Assembly: GCA_010015805.1 (NCBI GenBank)
Contig: ML978143.1
Location: forward strand, 186,001-250,000
DNA length: 64,000 nucleotides
Source of the DNA: Rhizodiscina lignyota
Taxonomy: Eukaryota
Reading direction: 5' to 3'
The notes below the pieces were generated by a model. That model was given only the letters and a program-made list of their open reading frames with translations. It made no database searches and was not told the origin of the DNA. Shown piece by piece: positions 37,300 through 48,318 of this stretch. Position 1 is the stretch's first letter, and each line of letters starts with the position of its first letter. The position numbers were made by a program, and so were the translations under genes.

Positions 37300-38364
37300 A
37301 TGTGCAAATCATCGATCCATTCGTTCCTTCAGGCCCTTCCCAAGGTGGAGCATCACATGCACATCGAAGGTGCTCTGTCGCCTTCTCTGATCTTCAAACT
37401 GGCCGCGAAAAATGGCATCGAGCTCCCCAAGGATGATTCAGCATTCTCTTCTGTCGAATCCCTGGTCGAGCGGTACAAGCACTTTACCTCCCTGGACGAT
37501 TTCCTCCACTACTACTACATCGGCATGTCTGTCCTCCTTTCTGCCGGTGATTTCGAGGCTCTTGCATGGGACTACTTCCAACACGCCGCGGCTGACGGTG
37601 TTGTCCACGCTGAGCTATTCTACGACCCGCAGGCGCACACTTCCCGAGGAGTATCCTACTCAACAATCGTCTCGGGTATATCTGCCGCGCGGAAACGAGC
37701 AGAGTCCGAGTTTGGCATTACGACAGAGCTCATATGCTGCTTCCTGCGGCATCTCCCTGTGTCCGACTCGCTGATGGCATTTGACTCCTCAGAAATCCAG
37801 GCTTCTTTCAAGGATGGTTCGGTAATCGGCATCGGTCTCGACTCTACCGAGCTCGACAAGCCTCCGCATCTTTGGAAAGAACTCTACGCAAAAGCAGCAA
37901 CACAGGAGCTTAATCTTACCGCGCATGCTGGCGAAGAGGGACCGGCAGAGTACATCACGGACGCTCTGGCATCGTTACACATCTCAAGAATAGATCATGG
38001 CGTTCATCTAATCGACGACCCGGAACTGATGGCGAGTGTGGCGAAGGAAGGCATCATGCTGACAGTTTGTCCAATCAGCAATGTCGTGCTGAAATGCTTC
38101 CCGAGCATCAAAGACGTACCGATTCGGAAGTTTTTGGACGCGGGCGTCAGGTTCAGTATCAACAGCGACGATCCGGCATATTTCGGTGGTTATATTCTAG
38201 ACAACTACTGTGCTGTAGATGATGCTTTTCAACTAAGCGCGGAGGAATGGAAAAGTGTCTGCAGGGCGGCAATTGAGGGCAGTTGGTGCTCCGAGGAGAG
38301 GAAAGCGGAACTATTGGAGCGGCTTCACAGCGTAATGGAGCATTGGAGAAGCAAAGTTGCATAG
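37300..38364 (+). CDS. AAH1: Adenine deaminase (adenosine-deaminase fold), intronless
   Basis: LPKVEHHMHIEG, FLHYYYIG, ELFYDPQAH, TAHAGEEG, RIDHG, TVCPISN, INSDDPAYFGGY. Confidence 0.92.
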   Translation: MCKSSIHSFLQALPKVEHHMHIEGALSPSLIFKLAAKNGIELPKDDSAFSSVESLVERYKHFTSLDDFLHYYYIGMSVLLSAGDFEALAWDYFQHAAADGVVHAELFYDPQAHTSRGVSYSTIVSGISAARKRAESEFGITTELICCFLRHLPVSDSLMAFDSSEIQASFKDGSVIGIGLDSTELDKPPHLWKELYAKAATQELNLTAHAGEEGPAEYITDALASLHISRIDHGVHLIDDPELMASVAKEGIMLTVCPISNVVLKCFPSIKDVPIRKFLDAGVRFSINSDDPAYFGGYILDNYCAVDDAFQLSAEEWKSVCRAAIEGSWCSEERKAELLERLHSVMEHWRSKVA

Positions 38365-38975
38365 CTAAAATATTTCTGGAAATGAAGAAAATATCTCAAA
38401 GGACTTCTACCGTTAGTCACATTGGGATATGAAGCCACAGAAGGGTGCCTTTTAGTCTTCGGGTGCTACATCGCGTATTTGGCGGGATCGTGCATTGACC
38501 ACCGCGTTCAACTTGCAATTGCACGCGATGGAACGTATATGCCGTTTCCCTTATCACAATCCCAAATTCTAACCGAAATGCTGTGTCATTTCCATCGCAC
38601 GTGGTTCTTGTGTTCCAGCATGTAGTGCAGTTACATAAGAGCTCCGATATCGTTTGATAAAGCAGCAAAGCTCCTCCGCTCCGCTGCAAATGCGCGCTCG
38701 TGAGATCCATTCCTTAAGCAGTATATCTTTCCGTTTCCATGTCTCCATACATATTACCTCTCAGCATTTCTGTTCCTTCAAGGTTGCAACGGTTTCGTTA
38801 AGGCCCACAAAGTCATAAGAAAGAGACGGGACAGAGCGAGACTCGACAGTCTCACACGATCAAGTCCGACCCGAAGACGAGCCCCAATCGCGCGAGAGAA
38901 AGAACCAAACCAACATCGAACTAGAACATAGCATCAAATTGAACCAATACGACTATCCACTAAGGTCAATTCAAC

Positions 38976-39908
38976 ATGGTCGCCCCGTGGTCAGCCAGCA
39001 ACCCCCTCCAACCAACCTACTCCGCACCCCCAATCGACAAAGAGCTCTACAACCGCATCGCCATCAACACGCAATCCCGCCACCTCACCCAGTCTTTCAC
39101 CATCCCGCCCCGCTCCGGGCTCGCCTGGCGCGCTCCCGCCGGCTCCATCATCCGCCTGTCGACGCCCGAAGGACCGCAAGTCGGCGACCTCAACCTCTGG
39201 AACCTGCACAACCCGCGCGAGCGCTTCTGGGCGACGCGCACGCGGCAACTCCAGCGCTCGCATGCCCGCGTCGGCGACCGCCTGTGGAGCTGCCTGCCGT
39301 ACCTGCGGCCCCTGGTGACCGTCGTGGCCGACAGCCTCGACGGATGGAACAAGGACGCGCGCGGCGTGCCCGTCGAAGACGAGTTCGGCGTGCGCTGGGG
39401 CGTGCACGACCTCCTCGGCACGCGCTGCGACCCGTACGTCAACCGGCTGATCAGCGGCGAGAGCTACGACTTCCAGTGCCACAGCAACCTCACGCGCGCC
39501 GTGCTGCCGTGGGGCCTGGCCGAGAGCGACGTGCACGACGTGATCAACGTCTTCCAGGCGACTGGCTTCGACCGCGAGGGCCGCTACTGCATGGCCGCCA
39601 GCCCCGCGACGGCCGGCACGTATCTGGAGCTGTTTGCTGAGCAGGACCTGCTGTGCGCGCTGAGCACGTGTCCGGGCGGGGACCTGTCGAATTATGGGTG
39701 GGGGGAGGGCACGGAGGGGCGGAGCATGAAGGATTGCTGTCGGCCGATTAAGGTGGAGGTGTTTGAGATTGAGGGGGGTGCGAAGGGGGAGGTGTTGATG
39801 GGGTGGAAGGAGCCGGAGGTGCCGGCGTATAGGGGGTTACATTCTATTAAGGTGCCAGTTGGGGAGGATGGGTTGGAGGTTGAAGGGGTGGAAAGAGTGA
39901 ACGCGTAG
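38976..39908 (+). CDS. DUF1989 (urea-carboxylase-associated family) protein, intronless
   Basis: EGPQVGDLNLWN, ERFWATRTRQL, HDLLGTRCDPY, CHSNL, VHDVINVFQ, LCALSTCPGGDLS; strong GC3 bias. Confidence 0.85.
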   Translation: MVAPWSASNPLQPTYSAPPIDKELYNRIAINTQSRHLTQSFTIPPRSGLAWRAPAGSIIRLSTPEGPQVGDLNLWNLHNPRERFWATRTRQLQRSHARVGDRLWSCLPYLRPLVTVVADSLDGWNKDARGVPVEDEFGVRWGVHDLLGTRCDPYVNRLISGESYDFQCHSNLTRAVLPWGLAESDVHDVINVFQATGFDREGRYCMAASPATAGTYLELFAEQDLLCALSTCPGGDLSNYGWGEGTEGRSMKDCCRPIKVEVFEIEGGAKGEVLMGWKEPEVPAYRGLHSIKVPVGEDGLEVEGVERVNA

Positions 39909-40427
39909 TGACTGAGCTTGTGGAGTGCTCAAGGCATGGCGTATGGAGACGAAGCATTTTGAATGTGCTGTAGAGAACGAGTGAATTCGAGGGACTGGAG
40001 TAGAGGTATGTAGTATGACCGCACCCATATCTTCGTTCACAAATGCACCGTTTACTTAGTCACACGCAAGCTGTGCTTGTCTTGTGCCATCCAGATCTCT
40101 TAATGGATACATTAACTTGTTTAGGGTGTACCAAAGGCAAGCACGCAAGAATCCAATGCTACAACGTGTATTCATGGCGTGTTTGGTTATATCCGGAGTT
40201 CTAGTCAGCACATTGGGGGAGACTCGGCAGTACTGGCAGAGTTAAATGCAGAGAGTAGACGGATTCTTGTATTCAGCGTCTACAGAATCCAGAAGGGTAA
40301 GCCAAAAGGCCCAACCGGCCAAGCGAACCTGCCATTGAAGGCCTCTACTGATCGTGACAGATCACTCCTTCCAGCACGTCATCCTCACAACTTCCTTCTC
40401 CTTCCCCCACACCTTGGCGTCCCTGCC

Positions 40428-41257
40428 TCATGGCTCCGGTATCTGCGCACGTAAGATCTGTATGGTCTCATCTCTACTCGCCAGTTGCTTGCGGAGGTCC
40501 GCAATTACCTCGTCATCTCATCTTCGGCCTCCTCATCTTCCTCGGTCGGGGCGCCTGGGGGTGCGTCTTGCGCAGCGATGGGAGCTGCTTCGGTGGCCGC
40601 CTCGCGCACCGCAGTCGCGCGTTTAGGGGCTGGGAGCTGTGGTCCCTCGCTCTTCTCGCACCTCTTGCAGCCAGCCGCTGGGTCGGCGTCGGGGTCGTTC
40701 AGGAGCGTCGCGAAGTATCCGCTGGGATTCTTATTAACGTCCTCGAAGGCACAGACGAGAAGCTTCACTGCGGTTCTGTAGCACCAGTCGGGGCGGCTGC
40801 TGAGGTACTGCGCGAAGGGAGAGACCGAGTCGGCATTGGCTGGCTCGTGGATGATTGTGTCGGCAGTGAGGCCCCACATCTGCACGAAGAAGTTGATGTC
40901 CACGGCGGGACTGTCTGGCTCTGGGTCTTGTGAGGCGACGAGCTGGTCTTCTGAGTGTTCTGGGTCCGTGATGTAGCTGACGACAGTGTCGATGAAGCGC
41001 GTGAACTGGTGTTCGTGCAAGTCGGTTCTTGCCTGGCTCAGCAACTCCTTGACCCAGCCACCATGGCCCTCATCCTTGAGGCAGGCGTTGTACCAGTCCC
41101 GTAGATGGGAGGCAACGCGGTCGGACTGAATCCACCGTTTTTCTAGGTCGGACGCCAGGAAGCTGGAAGAGTTGTGGAGATCGGTCAAGAGAGACGCGTC
41201 GAAATGGAAATGGCTTGCATTGCTACGCCTCGCCGAACGTGTGCTGGTAGCAGCCAT
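40428..41257 (-). CDS. Hypothetical protein, probable 1-nt frameshift near the C-terminus
   Basis: 250-aa ORF with coding-like codon usage. The adjacent frame continues DDEVIADLRKQLASRDETIQILRAQIPEP* to about 40428. Confidence 0.55.
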
Positions 41258-41316
41258 GGTAACTTTGTGGGTGGTGGAGAGGTAGTATTGTAATGTGGGA
41301 AGTGGTTATAGAAAGC

Positions 41317-41386
41317 AAGGTGTGGAAGTTATGGTGTGGAAGTCAAGGTGTAGAAGTCAGGTTGTAGAAGCCAGGTTGTAGAGAAT
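41317..41386. repeat. Degenerate 14-bp minisatellite (about 5 units, AAGGTGTRGAAGTC-like)
   Basis: aaggtgtggaagtt/atggtgtggaagtc/aaggtgtagaagtc/aggttgtagaagcc/aggttgtagagaat. Confidence 0.7.
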
Positions 41387-41686
41387 GAAGAAAATTTTTG
41401 GTAGGTGCCTGCGGCAAAACATTCACAATGATGTTGCCCGTGCGTGGCGCGTCAGTGTTGTCATGTTGTTGTGTTATACCGCGTAACCGTGACTTTTGCT
41501 TTGCTTAGCGTGGATGTTAACACAGGTGAATAAGCGCTTCACCTTTCACATCTCATGCGTATCTGGATTAAATCATAGCGGGAGATGAAGGGACTGTTAT
41601 GAGACCGAGTGAGCTCAGGAGGTGGATTGCCATCGCACACAATTTGGTGTTCGGCGAATGCCCCATCAAATCTCAACCTACTCTGC

Positions 41687-44160
41687 TCATCGTCTACCAC
41701 GCGTCTTCCCCGCTCTCTGTATTGGTTTTGGCTTCGACTTGGACTTGGGCTTTGACTTCGAATTACCCTTCGCCCCATTCATTGCATCACCCTTCCCCTT
41801 CTTCCACATCGTCTTTTCCTTCCTCTCGTCTCTCATATCAAGCCTCTTCTTCTCCTTATTACTAAGCTTCTTCTTTGCCTTCCCATTGGCCACACCATCT
41901 ACCGGACCATTCAATTCCGAGTATCCCTTCGACCTCGCCTCCTTCTTGTCCTTCTCGCTCTCGAACCAAGTCCTCTTTGGCCGGCTCATAATCTCGTTCT
42001 CATGCTCGACCAGATTCTCGCCCTTCCTCACATCTCTCTCCGCCTGGTTGAGCACTTTCTCTTCCTTCTCCTCCTTCAACACGGCATCGACCTCTTCCTC
42101 CAGGTCATCGATTTTTTTTGCCCAAGCGTCTGCCTCCGCAGGTGGCACTACTCTGGAAGCAATCTTGGCGCCTTGCGCCCGGGCTGCCTTGACAGCGGCT
42201 TTGACAACTTTCCGATCGGGCTCAGCGGCAATCGTACACGACCGGCCAGATCGTCCAGCACGCGCTGTTCTACCCACACGATGAAGATAGATTTCGTGAG
42301 ATTGAGGAGCTTCGTAATTGATAACGGTATCGACGCCTTTGATGTCGAGACCACGCGAGGCAAGGTCGGTCGCAAGAAGGAATGAGACTTTTCCTGAACG
42401 GAAGGCTTCTACACTGTTTATTCTCTGCATGTGCAATTCAAAGATTAGCAACAACATTATGCAATTTTGAGCGCAATTCCGTCACATACCTGTTCCTGGC
42501 TCATGCTTCCATGAAGCTCGCCAGCTTTCAGCCCGCATAAGCCAAATAGCACTCTTACTCTATGGGCGTCCTTCTTCTGCCTGAAAAACACAATAACCTT
42601 CTCCGTGTATACATTTTCGCATAGCCACATGAGGCATGCCAGTCGTTTGTTCTCTCTGCCTGGCCTCAGCCTTACAAATTCCTGCACCAAGCCTTGCACC
42701 GTCTGGCGCTTCGCATCCACCATCAACCTCACTGGTCGATTTAGTCCGACGCGAATGAGCTTGTCGACTGAGTCGGTCATCGTTGCTGAGAAGAGCATCG
42801 TTTGGCGTGACTTTGGAATGGTCGTGAGAATCTCATTAAGCTCGTCTGCGAAACCATCCTCCAGCATGCGATCGGCTTCATCGAGAATGAGGATCTCAAT
42901 AGCATCAACAGCAAAGCTCGGGGAATTGCGCATGTGGTCGATGAATCTACCTGGCGTAGCAATGACTATGTCTGGACGGCTCTTTAGAACATTCTCCTGC
43001 TCGCGTAGACTGAAGCCGCCGACAATGAGGGCGGATGTGACATCGGTGAAACTAGCGAGCTTCTTTGTGACGTTGAAGCATTGAACTGCTAATTCTCTTG
43101 TCGGCATGAGGATCGCGACACGAGTTGTTGCAACTTTCTTTGGCCTGTACAGTAGACGTTCGAGGATCGGAATGATGAAAGCGGCAGTTTTGCCGGATCC
43201 AGTAACTGCTCCACCCACAACATCTTTGCCTAGTAATGCAACGGGGATGGTCTTTGATTGAATTGGAGTGGGAGTGCTGAAGCTCACCGAGGAGAGCCCT
43301 TTGAGGATCGGACGGGAGAGGGACATTGACTGGAAGGAGCCAGAGCCGGACGGGATTGGCTTTTTAGATCCGTTCAGATTTTCCTCGGGCGCGAAGAATG
43401 CTGCTCGACGCTCTGCCTCGACTGGATCTTCCTCATCTTCCTCGTCTGATGTCTGAGAAGCGAAGTCGTCTGGATGAGATACGGGCACTGCTTCTGAGCC
43501 TGAATCGGAAGCATCATCTGCATCTGCACTGTCTAGCTCTACCCCAGAATCTTCATCTTCCTCATCCGCATTTTCTTCATCCATCGCAGCCATTCCAAAT
43601 CCATCCTCTGCCAGGGTCTCATCTTCATCATCCCCAAAACTGTGGAAGACATCCTCATCGCTATCTTCCTCAGCATCCTCAGCGTTAGAGTCCGCATTGT
43701 CTTCTCCACTGGTTCCATTAGTCTTGCCCTTCCGCCTGCGAGCAATAATGTCATCAATGTCCACGCCTTTCTTGTTCCCTCCCACGACCTGTTCTTTCGG
43801 AACCGTGGCCATGCCCCAGCCATCGAAGTCTTCCAGACCGTCTACATCTCCTCCGCCAATCTGAAACTCAAAGTCCGATGCGAGTGCCCCATCATCTTCA
43901 CCAGCATCTGCCCATGTGTGGTTCGGGGTGTCGTCGTTGTCGTCTGAATCTTGCCCGCCGCCTCTCTCGACTTCACTCTTTTTCTGCTTCTTTGCTTTGG
44001 CTTTGACTTTAGAACTGTCTGCATTGTCCCGCTTGCGCTTTGTGCCGACTTGAGCACGATTGTCGTCAGAGGCGCCTTCGAGGTTGGGGAAGTCGTCGTT
44101 GTCGGAGATGGTTAGAACGAAGTCATCTTCAGGAAGATGTTGAAGCCCCTGCAGAGCCAT
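41687..44160 (-). CDS. DRS1: DEAD-box RNA helicase for 60S biogenesis (DDX27 ortholog); exons 44160..42490, 42424..41687
   Basis: [10 protein letters not shown]-terminus, [50 protein letters not shown]. Confidence 0.95.
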
Positions 44161-44614
44161 AACCTCACAACTGTATTGGCATATGGGCTGTGCTTTGACA
44201 GAGATGTTCTTGATGTAGTGGATATAATTTTTGGTGAAGGATGATTTTCATACGCTAAAAGTTTGGCGCTCGGGCCCTTGTCTTGCAGGGGTGCGATGCG
44301 CCGATTATGTCACACATCGTGGCCTCCAGTCGCGTGAGCTTTCAATCCCATCTCGCCGGAGATTGAATTCACGATTCATACACTCTGTTAATCATATGAC
44401 CTGCAATGCTTCGAAATCGATAACGGCTGTGGTGTTGTATGCCAGTATCTGCCCCGCGACCACCCCGTAAGAGGACCAAGGCTGTGAATGTGGCTATGTT
44501 CGCAACGCCAACTGCCTGACGTAGCGCGTGGCTTTATATCTCCTCCTCTCTTTTCCTAGATCCCATATTTGTCTCTTCTTCAGCTTTCCACGTCCTATAG
44601 CTTAACGCTGAACA

Positions 44615-45766
44615 ATGGAAGCCCTCAAACGATTCAGCAGCAAGCTCCGTCGTCGGTCTCACGTCCCTTCGAAGCCTTCACATCTCGATGAAAAACAGCC
44701 GCCCGAGTCCACCCCCGCGCCTACTCGTTCCGAATCCAGCTTAAGTGCTCGCCCGAAGCCTCTCAGAACTGTAACATTCCCGAAGATTGCAGAATATGAT
44801 CAGTACCTTCTCCCAGACCAAGGCTGGGCGCCAATAACATTCCCTCCGAATGACCCGGTACAAGAATCGCTCAAGATGCTCTTCCGCTCCAGCAAGACAT
44901 TCTTCGACCTGCCGTTGGAAGAGAAAGACAAATACAAGACGAGTTTCGGCAGTGAGGAGGGATGGTCTAAAGTCGAGGGCGAGAAGGAGATGATCACGCT
45001 TCGAACCATCGACAATACACCAGAACAGCTTAAGGAGGCGGCAGAGAGGTGCTGGTCCTTGGCTGGACGATATGTCAATGAATTACTGGAATGTGTTGCC
45101 ACGAGCCTAGACTTGCCGGAGGAGGCGCTCTGCAAGTTCTCAACGCCATGCCTCAGCCTGGACGACGTGAAGAGAGCGACAATGTTGCGCCTCTTCCGCT
45201 ACGAAGTGCACGAGGACAAGGTCGTGGCAGAAGCGCATAATGACTTGGGTTTGTTGTCGCTCGTCATGAGCGATACTCCTGGGCTGGAGGTTTGGGACCG
45301 ATCGGTACAAGGCTGGTGCGATTTGGAGCGGCAATGTGGAAAGCCCATCGTCATGAGTGGACGACAGCTCCAGCGGCTAAGCAACGGTCACTACGGACCA
45401 GGTGGTCACCTCGTGCGCTCCTATGGCCAGAGTGCATGGACTGAGACGCGCAATCCATTGGCTATTGACGGTGTCTCCAATCCGAGGTACAGATACAGCA
45501 TTGTGTTCATTTTGAGAGCGCATTGGCCTGTGCCAATTGACTCAGATGAGCTCTCGAGCGAAGTCACTGGCAAATTCACAACTCCCATGAAAGCGATCAC
45601 AGCCAAGGATCTGTTCTTTCAAATCAAGAAGAATCACTACAACATTAATGCAAATCTAGAAGACCGGAATGAACAGCGAAAAAACATTGATTCGTTGAAA
45701 AAGGCGCAACAAGAAAGAGGAGAGGCCAATGAGCAGCCAGAGTTGCAAATAGAAGCTAGTGGGTAG
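44615..45766 (+). CDS. 2-oxoglutarate/Fe(II)-dependent dioxygenase (IPNS/DIOX-like)
   Basis: FFDLPLEEK, LRLFRY, HxD (EAHNDLGLLSL), PGLEV, distal His (GHLVR), RYSIVF. Confidence 0.85.
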   Translation: MEALKRFSSKLRRRSHVPSKPSHLDEKQPPESTPAPTRSESSLSARPKPLRTVTFPKIAEYDQYLLPDQGWAPITFPPNDPVQESLKMLFRSSKTFFDLPLEEKDKYKTSFGSEEGWSKVEGEKEMITLRTIDNTPEQLKEAAERCWSLAGRYVNELLECVATSLDLPEEALCKFSTPCLSLDDVKRATMLRLFRYEVHEDKVVAEAHNDLGLLSLVMSDTPGLEVWDRSVQGWCDLERQCGKPIVMSGRQLQRLSNGHYGPGGHLVRSYGQSAWTETRNPLAIDGVSNPRYRYSIVFILRAHWPVPIDSDELSSEVTGKFTTPMKAITAKDLFFQIKKNHYNINANLEDRNEQRKNIDSLKKAQQERGEANEQPELQIEASG

Positions 45767-45881
45767 GATATACAACGTTGCTGCCCGCGTGTCTCGCCCT
45801 CATCATCATTTTATTTCAACGGTGAATTTTCCCATCCTATAAAGCCTTCCCCTTTCCTTGTCCTCCAACCTTCTTCAACAC

Positions 45882-46043
45882 TGCACTCAGAAACGCTCAG
45901 AACCATTACCCTCAGAAACATCACATCACCTTCAGAACCATCGCACTCAGAATCTCATCATGAGCATCATGAGCATTTGTAAGCATCACAACCAGAAGCA
46001 CGGCACTCGGAAGCATCGCACCCATAAACGTGGCATTCAGAAG
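45882..46043 (+). repeat. Degenerate 15-bp repeat (CATCGCACTCAGAAR-like)
   Basis: CTCAGAA/CAGAAG core recurring at about 15-nt spacing; translates as H-x-T-Q-K-like pentads. Confidence 0.55.
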
Positions 46044-47162
46044 TTCCCCATGAGCCTCACTCTCAAACGCCGTCTGAGAGTCCCTGCACCATTCGGGAGA
46101 GATGAAGAAGGCTATGCCATCTTCGGACCTATCCGTAGGCCTCCAATAATCCACCGACCGAGTGACTACTTTACTCAGGCGGCCGAACACCGCATGGCTC
46201 GCTATGAAACGCACTATCCTCGCCTCTGTAAATGGAAGTTGTCTCTATCAACAAATCCTCAAACGCGAAGCAGGCTCTTCACGAAGCTCCCTCCAGAAAT
46301 CCGACTCATGATTTACGAATATGCGCTTTGCCAGCCGGACGGCATTCCACTCTGGCGTGGACCTTCATCTGCGAACGTTGAAAAACGTCAAAACCCAAAC
46401 GTCTACTATAAAAGGAGACACGAGAACCATTTACAGAGAGCGAAGAGCTACGAGCAAATGAGCCAAGACGTCGGTTCCATTCTCTGCACCTGCAAGCGCC
46501 TTTACATGGAAGCAAGAGATCTATTATTCACGACAAACACATTCAAGGTTCTCTTTCTCATGGGAGGTGATGAAAATCACATCTCACGACCTCTTCGAAA
46601 GATTGCCCCACTAATACAACATTTGGAGATCGAATTGAGTCCCGATGTCTATTGCACCTGGCATTTGGACGGGAACTCCATGCTTATGGAACTCTGCAGA
46701 CTCATCGACGACTTCCATTACGGCGAGATGCTTCGTTCGCTGAGAATATATATTAATTGCAATGAGAAGCAACTCGGGCAAACAAAGTCAGCATTCGGCA
46801 TAAGTTGCTTAAGAGCATGGATCGCAGGGACTAAGGCGTGCCTGAAGCAATTGAGCAACTTCCACGTCGCAGGATCCGTCCTCGTTGGGGATAACTTTTC
46901 CGAATTGCTCTCGTTCCCTGACCTCGGATGCACCCAGGGGCAAATCGACGATTTCAAATTGGAGGACGTGCAAGCTGCTATACGGAACAAAATGCCTCTG
47001 ACAGTCCCACCATCGGACTTTGAAGAGAGACAACGACAATACACGAAGGGTAACTTTAGTATGCACTATCTTGGTTTTCCAGTCTACCGCCTAGGCCCTG
47101 TCCAAGAGTGGTACGACGGCACTTGGGATGTTGTAGACAGTAAGACTCAAATTTTTGGATAG
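45960..47162 (+). CDS. Hypothetical protein with an F-box-like motif; start uncertain (45960 or 46050)
   Basis: SRLFTKLPPEIRLMIYEYAL and SILCTCKRLYMEARDLLFTTNTF, typical of fungal F-box-like accessory proteins. Confidence 0.7.
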   Translation: MSIMSICKHHNQKHGTRKHRTHKRGIQKFPMSLTLKRRLRVPAPFGRDEEGYAIFGPIRRPPIIHRPSDYFTQAAEHRMARYETHYPRLCKWKLSLSTNPQTRSRLFTKLPPEIRLMIYEYALCQPDGIPLWRGPSSANVEKRQNPNVYYKRRHENHLQRAKSYEQMSQDVGSILCTCKRLYMEARDLLFTTNTFKVLFLMGGDENHISRPLRKIAPLIQHLEIELSPDVYCTWHLDGNSMLMELCRLIDDFHYGEMLRSLRIYINCNEKQLGQTKSAFGISCLRAWIAGTKACLKQLSNFHVAGSVLVGDNFSELLSFPDLGCTQGQIDDFKLEDVQAAIRNKMPLTVPPSDFEERQRQYTKGNFSMHYLGFPVYRLGPVQEWYDGTWDVVDSKTQIFG

Positions 47163-48318
47163 GGGAATATTCCTAGCGCGTCTTTCAGGAATTCAGACGT
47201 CGTTCGCACACGCTGGAGAGCAAATCTTGACTCTGAGTAATCTTCAGAAATGTATTGCTTCTGGGCGCCATCTCCTGTTCAAAAATCGTATTCATGGCTG
47301 TGATTGAAGTGATATTCCGAATAAATGTTCTAATTAATGACGGACTCGATAGAGGTAAAGCGAGCGATTCTAGCGTGTCCAACTCGACAAACCGCCATGC
47401 TACCTCCTAGAGATTATAGATAGCGGAATGTCTGTTCATGAGACTGATGTTTGAACCTTGGATAGGGCAAACGGAAAATCTAACACTCACCTCGGCAATC
47501 TCTTCGTCGCCTGTCATGCACCGCGTCGCCCACGGAGTCGTCATCGCTGGTCGTGGTAGCGTATTTAGGCGTTGTGCGGACATCGCTGGTCCCGCATAGG
47601 TCGCCGTACCACAGAGTTTGTTCCTCATCAAATAGTCCACTAGTATACGTGGTGACCTAGCGTAAGTTTCTTAGTATATTGCTGAGGAAGGGTTTTATAA
47701 ATACGGTGTCCTGCTAGGTGGCGCCTGGGGCCACGAGAAGCCGCCGATGTATCCGTTCACCTTGAAATGTGCCTTCGGTGGTGGAGCTGTCGCCATCCCA
47801 GCATAGCTGTTACACTGAGTGTCAGAGTAGTAGTTGATTGGGATGCGACTGACGCCAACGCAGGAGAGAATCACGGTAAGGCGGAGGCGAGCACGACTGG
47901 AGACCTTCTCGCAAAGAGTCAACGCTTTCAGTCGCTTGAACGATACCACGAGGGCTGAATGGAAGTCTCGTGTTGGCTAGAGTCTTTGCAGTGGGCTGAT
48001 ATTGCTTCTTTCCGCCGCATTATGTATACTTTCGTACTGTCTCTGTCCAAACTTCCGCCTGATGACAGGCAACCCAGCAAATTCCCACGATTATTCCCCA
48101 AGTGACAAGCTAGAGCCACCGTGTGCGGATATCGCGTGCCGCACAATAAAGTACACAAAGCACCTGTCCCAATTTTTGCCCTTGCGGTAGACCCAGAAAG
48201 AAGAACCTCTTGTTTCGTTGCGAAACGAAACCCCAAATGCGAGTCAAAATACACACAAGAAGTCCTCCGCAAAACCACTCTTCGTCTGCTCATAGTATCT
48301 ATTCGGCGTTACTCTTGC

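Noticed and set aside
47400..47796. Possible small spliced minus-strand gene (MATAPPPKAHF..TP|GLFDEEQTLW..)
   Set aside because: A frame-consistent splice can be drawn, but the signals are weak and there is no homology evidence.
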